Shown: in pieces, positions 49,097 through 53,858 of the stretch
How positions within the stretch are numbered: the first letter of the stretch is position 1
How the letters are laid out: every line of letters begins with the position of its first letter
Origin: Psammoneis japonica
Taxonomy: Eukaryota
Assembly (NCBI GenBank): GCA_008632985.1
Contig: QPGO01000274.1
Location: forward strand, 1 to 53,858
Direction of reading: 5' to 3'
Length of the DNA stretch: 53,858 nt
Made by a program: the position numbers and the translations under genes
Notes under the pieces: model-generated
Database searches by the model: none
Seen by the model: only the letters and a program-made list of their open reading frames with translations
Told to the model about the DNA's origin: nothing

Positions 49097-49302
49097 GGTC
49101 AATGACATCGAAAAGACGTGGCACGCAACCATGGCACCACACACACATTGCATCACCTGCCTGCCTTTTGTTGCAGTCCAGCCTTTGGGAGCAACAAATT
49201 GTTGTTGTTGCCTCATGGGGCCATTGAGCCGTTCTTGTTGTTGCTCAGCACACTCTGCTTCGCCATGTCTGCATCGTCATCATCCTCGAGGCACAACCAG
49301 GA

Positions 49303-52241
49303 TTGCTGGTTGAAATGGTTGAAGAAGTTCCTCAAGTGACTCCACCCAAATTGTCAATGAACAAGGCAGTGCACAAATTAAGAAGAAGGGAAAATCTTGT
49401 GAGAAACAGCAAGTCTCAGGGCGGTCCAGATTGGGACAAGGTGACAAAGGGCTCTTCACAAGCCAAACCAAAACCACCCACTGAGGAGTCAATCAAGGAT
49501 GACTCCAGCAACAACAAGGAAGAGGTCAACCTGGACAGCCATGGACTCGACGACTTGACGGACATGATGGAAGAAGAAACAGAACGTCAAAAGTTGCAGA
49601 AAAAGCCAGCCGTGCCCCGCCGCTCAAGGAATCCTGCGCCAACCCGTCAGTCACAGAGGCATTCAAGGAAGCCATCATTTTTTACTTGTGACAACAGCGG
49701 TCATCCCAGAAGCGGGTCAAAACACAGCCAAAGAAGAAGAGGCTCACAGAACAGGAAGAGAAGCACCAGACAGCATTGGAGGCAAAGGGGGAAGAAGAAA
49801 AAGAAGAGGGCGTCTGAGGGAAAAAACGAGTTCCTGGAGGCGTTTGCTGGCGTCCCTCCAATTGGCGGCAGCCATGCTGAAGAAGAGACTGCTGGTGAGA
49901 TGGCCCCCGCAGCTGAGAACAAACAGATGGAAACATCAGAGTTGACGAAGAACGACATCATGGAAAAAATGTCTCTGTCAGGTGATTTAGATTCGTTCTG
50001 TTCTTTGAACAGGAAATCGAGTGCAATGTCAAGGTCACTTGATCAGAGTGGGTCAGTGGAGTTTCACTCCCAGCTCAAGCACATTTCAGCAACCACTTCC
50101 TGCCGAGCGGGCCTGTTGCACCCAAAGGGCTGTGGCCCGAAAGTGGGAAACAGAGAGGCGACAGCACTGGGATTGGAACGATGCCCCAATGTCTCCATTT
50201 GCCGATTCATTTCAGGCAATGTCCCACTGCACCTTAACCTCTTCTGGGCTGAGCCTGACTGCATGGCATGCAAGGACAAGAATTTCTTCACACAACAGCA
50301 AATCAACGTCGCTCAACATGCGCTTGAGATGGCACGCCTCGAGATGATGTTGCTGCACCCGGAGCTGCGTTCGTTCAGACACATGGAATCATTCAGCCCC
50401 CACAAGGAAAAGAAGAGTTCAGCGGCACAACTGAAGATTGACGAAGCATCTAAATTCTTAGAAAGGTTTGAGAAACAACTTGCAGTGTTGGGGGCTGAAT
50501 CAAAAGAGGGCTCACTTGCAACCCACCCCAAATTGAAAGCTCAAGGAGAGCTCATCAAGGGCAAATTGGGTTTGTCGGAACGCAGCTTTGCTGACAGCCT
50601 GCACAAGAACGGCTTGTTTGTTCTCTCTGCTGCCGGTCTAAAGAATGTCTTTGCCACGAAGTGCAGCCAGCCCCATCACAGCCTGATGAGCACAATGAAC
50701 GCTGGAGTGCCTGTGAAAAAAATGCTTTGGCTCAAACAAACAAACACGCTGATGAAGTCATTCACAAGAAGGTTTTTCCCAATCTGAAGTCTGTGTCAGA
50801 AACAGAGCCCGACATGTGTCCAGTGCACGTGGACATTGGGATGACACTGGTGTCAAAAGTTGAAGATTCAAAAACTGCGTCGGTCTTTGTTTCAGACAAC
50901 AATGCCAAAACACTTGTGGCTCATTTAAATCGGATGCAAAGATGGAATGAAGACGGCGCGGCTCCGCAACCTGCGAGCACAAGAAATGCAGATCACGGAG
51001 ATGACATGGTTCCGATGCTGAATCGCCGGGGCCTGCCAATGACGAGGACAAGGTGGCAAACGAGCAACAAAATTGCTTGCCGGTGGTCAGGGCAGAGCCG
51101 CGTCAGAGAGTGAGAGCACTGACAATGAGAGCTCCTGCAACGAGAGCTCCCATGATGAGAGCTCCGACAATTGGAGCTCCGGCAATGAGAGCTCTGACAA
51201 TGAAGATGAATCTGCATGGGGAGAGGAGAACAATGGCAAAAAGGACGATGAGTTCAATGAAGATGATGCGGGTCATGCGTGCGGCGAAGATGAAGCAAAC
51301 AACCTTCTTGTTGACGAGAAGGTGAAGTTGAATTCAAGGAGTCGGGGTTCTCACTTCACTGGGCCAGTTGTGACAGACATGACAAACTCACACTGTGGTG
51401 TTGTTCGGGTGAAATGTTCATTCTCGGACGAAGGGTGTGAGCTTCATCATGATGGGGCTGGTTCCCCATTGAGTGGCCAGTTCTACACCGGCACAGTAGA
51501 GAGTTGATGAGGAGGAAGAGTCACGTTGCCATGTGGAAAAAGTTGACAAATCTCCCCACCACCGTTGCTGGTTTTCTTCGAAAAGATGAGTCTACGAAGA
51601 AAGATGAAGAGCGAGAGAATTTGCGCAACTTCATTGAGTTCTTGAAATCAGATGAAGTCAAAATGATGCTGGCAGACATGAGAAACCTTTCATCATTCAG
51701 CGCACGGGCAGAAATCATGTGTCGTGTTCATGGCTCAGAGGGCTTTGACCTGGTCAAGGAACTCCCTCCATTTTATGACTTTGTCAGAGTGGTCCAATCT
51801 GACAACGTCAACGACTCTTTGGGTGACTTAATTGCAACACCTTTGAAGCAGTCAATTGACAAGCTGGTCCAGTTCTTTGAGGCTGAGTTTAGTGGCGAGG
51901 GCAAAGCAACCACAGAAACAAGCAGCTTGTCCGCCGAGGCAAAAACAGCATTTGTTTGCCATGCAGAGATTGTTTCCATTGGTTTGGCTGACAGTCTCTT
52001 TGAAAACAGGGGGGTGATTCTGAAAAAGCAATGGGACAACATGAAGAGGAGGGGGCGTGTGCATGTGCCAGATGGAATCAGAACGGCACTCACTGACAAA
52101 CAAAAAGAAATCACTGGACTTGACTGTGGTGCAGAGGCGCAAGGGACAGCTCTCCCATGGTTCTCAGAAGTCATTGACAAGGGAAGCAACTGGTGGTCAG
52201 GCAAGAAACCAACAAAGAACTTTGCAACATTGTCTGCATTT
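49303..52241 (+). pseudogene. Large uncharacterised gene, frameshifted, running into the gap
   Basis: ORFs 49303..50787, 50661.., 51073.. and 51504... Motifs GDLDSF, SGQFY, ARAE. Confidence 0.5.
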
Positions 52242-52892
52242 NNNNNNNNNNNNNNNNNNNNNNNNNNNNNNNNNNNNNNNNNNNNNNNNNNNNNNNNNNN
52301 NNNNNNNNNNNNNNNNNNNNNNNNNNNNNNNNNNNNNNNNNNNNNNNNNNNNNNNNNNNNNNNNNNNNNNNNNNNNNNNNNNNNNNNNNNNNNNNNNNNN
52401 NNNNNNNNNNNNNNNNNNNNNNNNNNNNNNNNNNNNNNNNNNNNNNNNNNNNNNNNNNNNNNNNNNNNNNNNNNNNNNNNNNNNNNNNNNNNNNNNNNNN
52501 NNNNNNNNNNNNNNNNNNNNNNNNNNNNNNNNNNNNNNNNNNNNNNNNNNNNNNNNNNNNNNNNNNNNNNNNNNNNNNNNNNNNNNNNNNNNNNNNNNNN
52601 NNNNNNNNNNNNNNNNNNNNNNNNNNNNNNNNNNNNNNNNNNNNNNNNNNNNNNNNNNNNNNNNNNNNNNNNNNNNNNNNNNNNNNNNNNNNNNNNNNNN
52701 NNNNNNNNNNNNNNNNNNNNNNNNNNNNNNNNNNNNNNNNNNNNNNNNNNNNNNNNNNNNNNNNNNNNNNNNNNNNNNNNNNNNNNNNNNNNNNNNNNNN
52801 NNNNNNNNNNNNNNNNNNNNNNNNNNNNNNNNNNNNNNNNNNNNNNNNNNNNNNNNNNNNNNNNNNNNNNNNNNNNNNNNNNNNNNNNNNNN
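52242..52892. other. Assembly gap (651 N)
   Basis: Run of N. Confidence 1.
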
Positions 52893-53089
52893 GAGGAGAA
52901 AAAATGATGTCGAGGAGGACCACAACAGCAACAACGACAGTGACAGGGATGCCCACACTGCCATTGAATCTTTCGCCTTTGCCGGCGACTCCGACGATGA
53001 ACCATTGCAGGAGCAAGAGTTGACGAGTGAGGAAACCACGAATGTGGAAGGCAAGCGTTGGATGACCATGGTTCAAAGGTTTCTGACGT

Positions 53090-53680
53090 GGAGAAAGAGA
53101 CCAAAAACCTCCATTTGCTGCAAGAGACAGAGCACCTTGATGCAGCTGGAAAAATCTGCATGAGCGTGGAAGCACCGCTGCAGGAGCACGGGTCAGCTGT
53201 GGTGCCCATCCTTGTGCGTTGGGATGACTGCCCTTGTGATGATTCTGAAGAGGAGAAAGAGACCAAAAACCTCCCTTTGCTGCAAGCAACAGAGCAGTTT
53301 CACTCAGATGGAAAACATCTGAGTGATGGCTTTGACAATGCCAACAAGGGGGAGACAGCTGTTGTGGCCCTTGACATGAGCGTGGAAGCACCGCTGCAGG
53401 AGCAAGGGTCGGCTGTGGTGTCCCCCTCCAAACGTTGGGATGACTGCCCTTGTGATGATTCTGAAGAGGAGAAAGAGACCGAAAACCCACCTTCCTGCAA
53501 GAGACAGAGCAGGTTCTCTCAGCTGGAAAGCATTTGAGTGATGGCCTTGACAATGCCGACAAGAGGGAGACAGCTGTCATGGCCCTTGACATGAGCATGG
53601 AAGCACCGCTGCAGGAGCAAGTGTCGGCTGTGGTGTCCCCCCTCAAACGTTGGGATGACTGCCCTTGTGATGATTCTGAC
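53090..53680 (+). repeat. ~216-bp tandem repeat encoding an acidic unit (MSVEAPLQE.GSAVV...RWDDCPCDDSE)
   Basis: catgagc.tggaagcaccgctgcaggagca at about 53159, 53375 and 53590; probably the tail of a degraded + strand gene. Confidence 0.85.
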
Positions 53681-53858
53681 AATGAGGGTGTCAACTGTGA
53701 GCACACAAATGCTTTCATTGACAATGCAGACAGGATTCGGGGTGGTGGACCCGGTGTGGGTGTGGGTCCTGCTGAGACAAAGAAGCAGCAGTTTTTGGAC
53801 ATGATGAAACAGCAGGGGATTGTGAGCAAGGGGGGGAATGCTGACCAAGACACCTGTT

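Noticed and set aside
25185..52241. Endogenous giant virus
   Set aside because: No capsid, packaging ATPase, polymerase or other NCLDV core gene was recognised, and the genes have spliceosomal introns. Not excluded for sequence outside the window.
51504..53853. Long ORFs spanning the N run
   Set aside because: Artefacts of translating the assembly gap.
1..53858. Hundreds of overlapping and antisense ORFs as real genes
   Set aside because: TAA and TAG are depleted by the TpA loss, so long open frames arise by chance in all six frames.
1..53858. Alternative genetic code or TGA read-through explaining missing Tyr and in-frame TGAs
   Set aside because: TA is also missing from introns and spacers, paralogues show CGA at a TGA position, and the same genes carry frameshifts and MITE insertions.
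1..53858. Classical fungal RIP
   Set aside because: RIP enriches TpA and depletes CpA/TpG; the pattern here is the reverse.

Overview
Eukaryotic genomic DNA with spliceosomal introns; the LRR C-terminal motif and JmjC subtype suggest a diatom or other stramenopile (inference). The dominant signal is a near-total loss of the TpA dinucleotide, replaced by TpG/CpA. Proteins of 400-500 aa contain zero or one Tyr, TAA/TAG stops are scarce (hence many spurious six-frame ORFs), two intron donors read GCAAGT instead of GTAAGT, and duplicated copies differ as TA vs CA/TG. This looks like a TpA-directed A>G/T>C hypermutation, opposite in direction to fungal RIP, with CpG decay on top. The affected region is a mostly pseudogenised accessory island. 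It holds a head-to-head LRR gene pair within a 7.4-kb tandem duplication and four HxD...H 2OG-Fe(II)-type dioxygenase genes: JmjC, AlkB-like (apparently fused to a helical domain resembling thymine-hypermodification enzymes), a Zn-finger-linked one, and PhyH-like. It also holds a Ulp1-like protease, a Myb/SANT-like protein, several unknown genes, two MITE families (6 copies), many short tandem repeats and a 651-N gap. No transposase, integrase, capsid, rRNA, tRNA or CRISPR array was recognised. All family calls are from motif reading by eye, not database searches.
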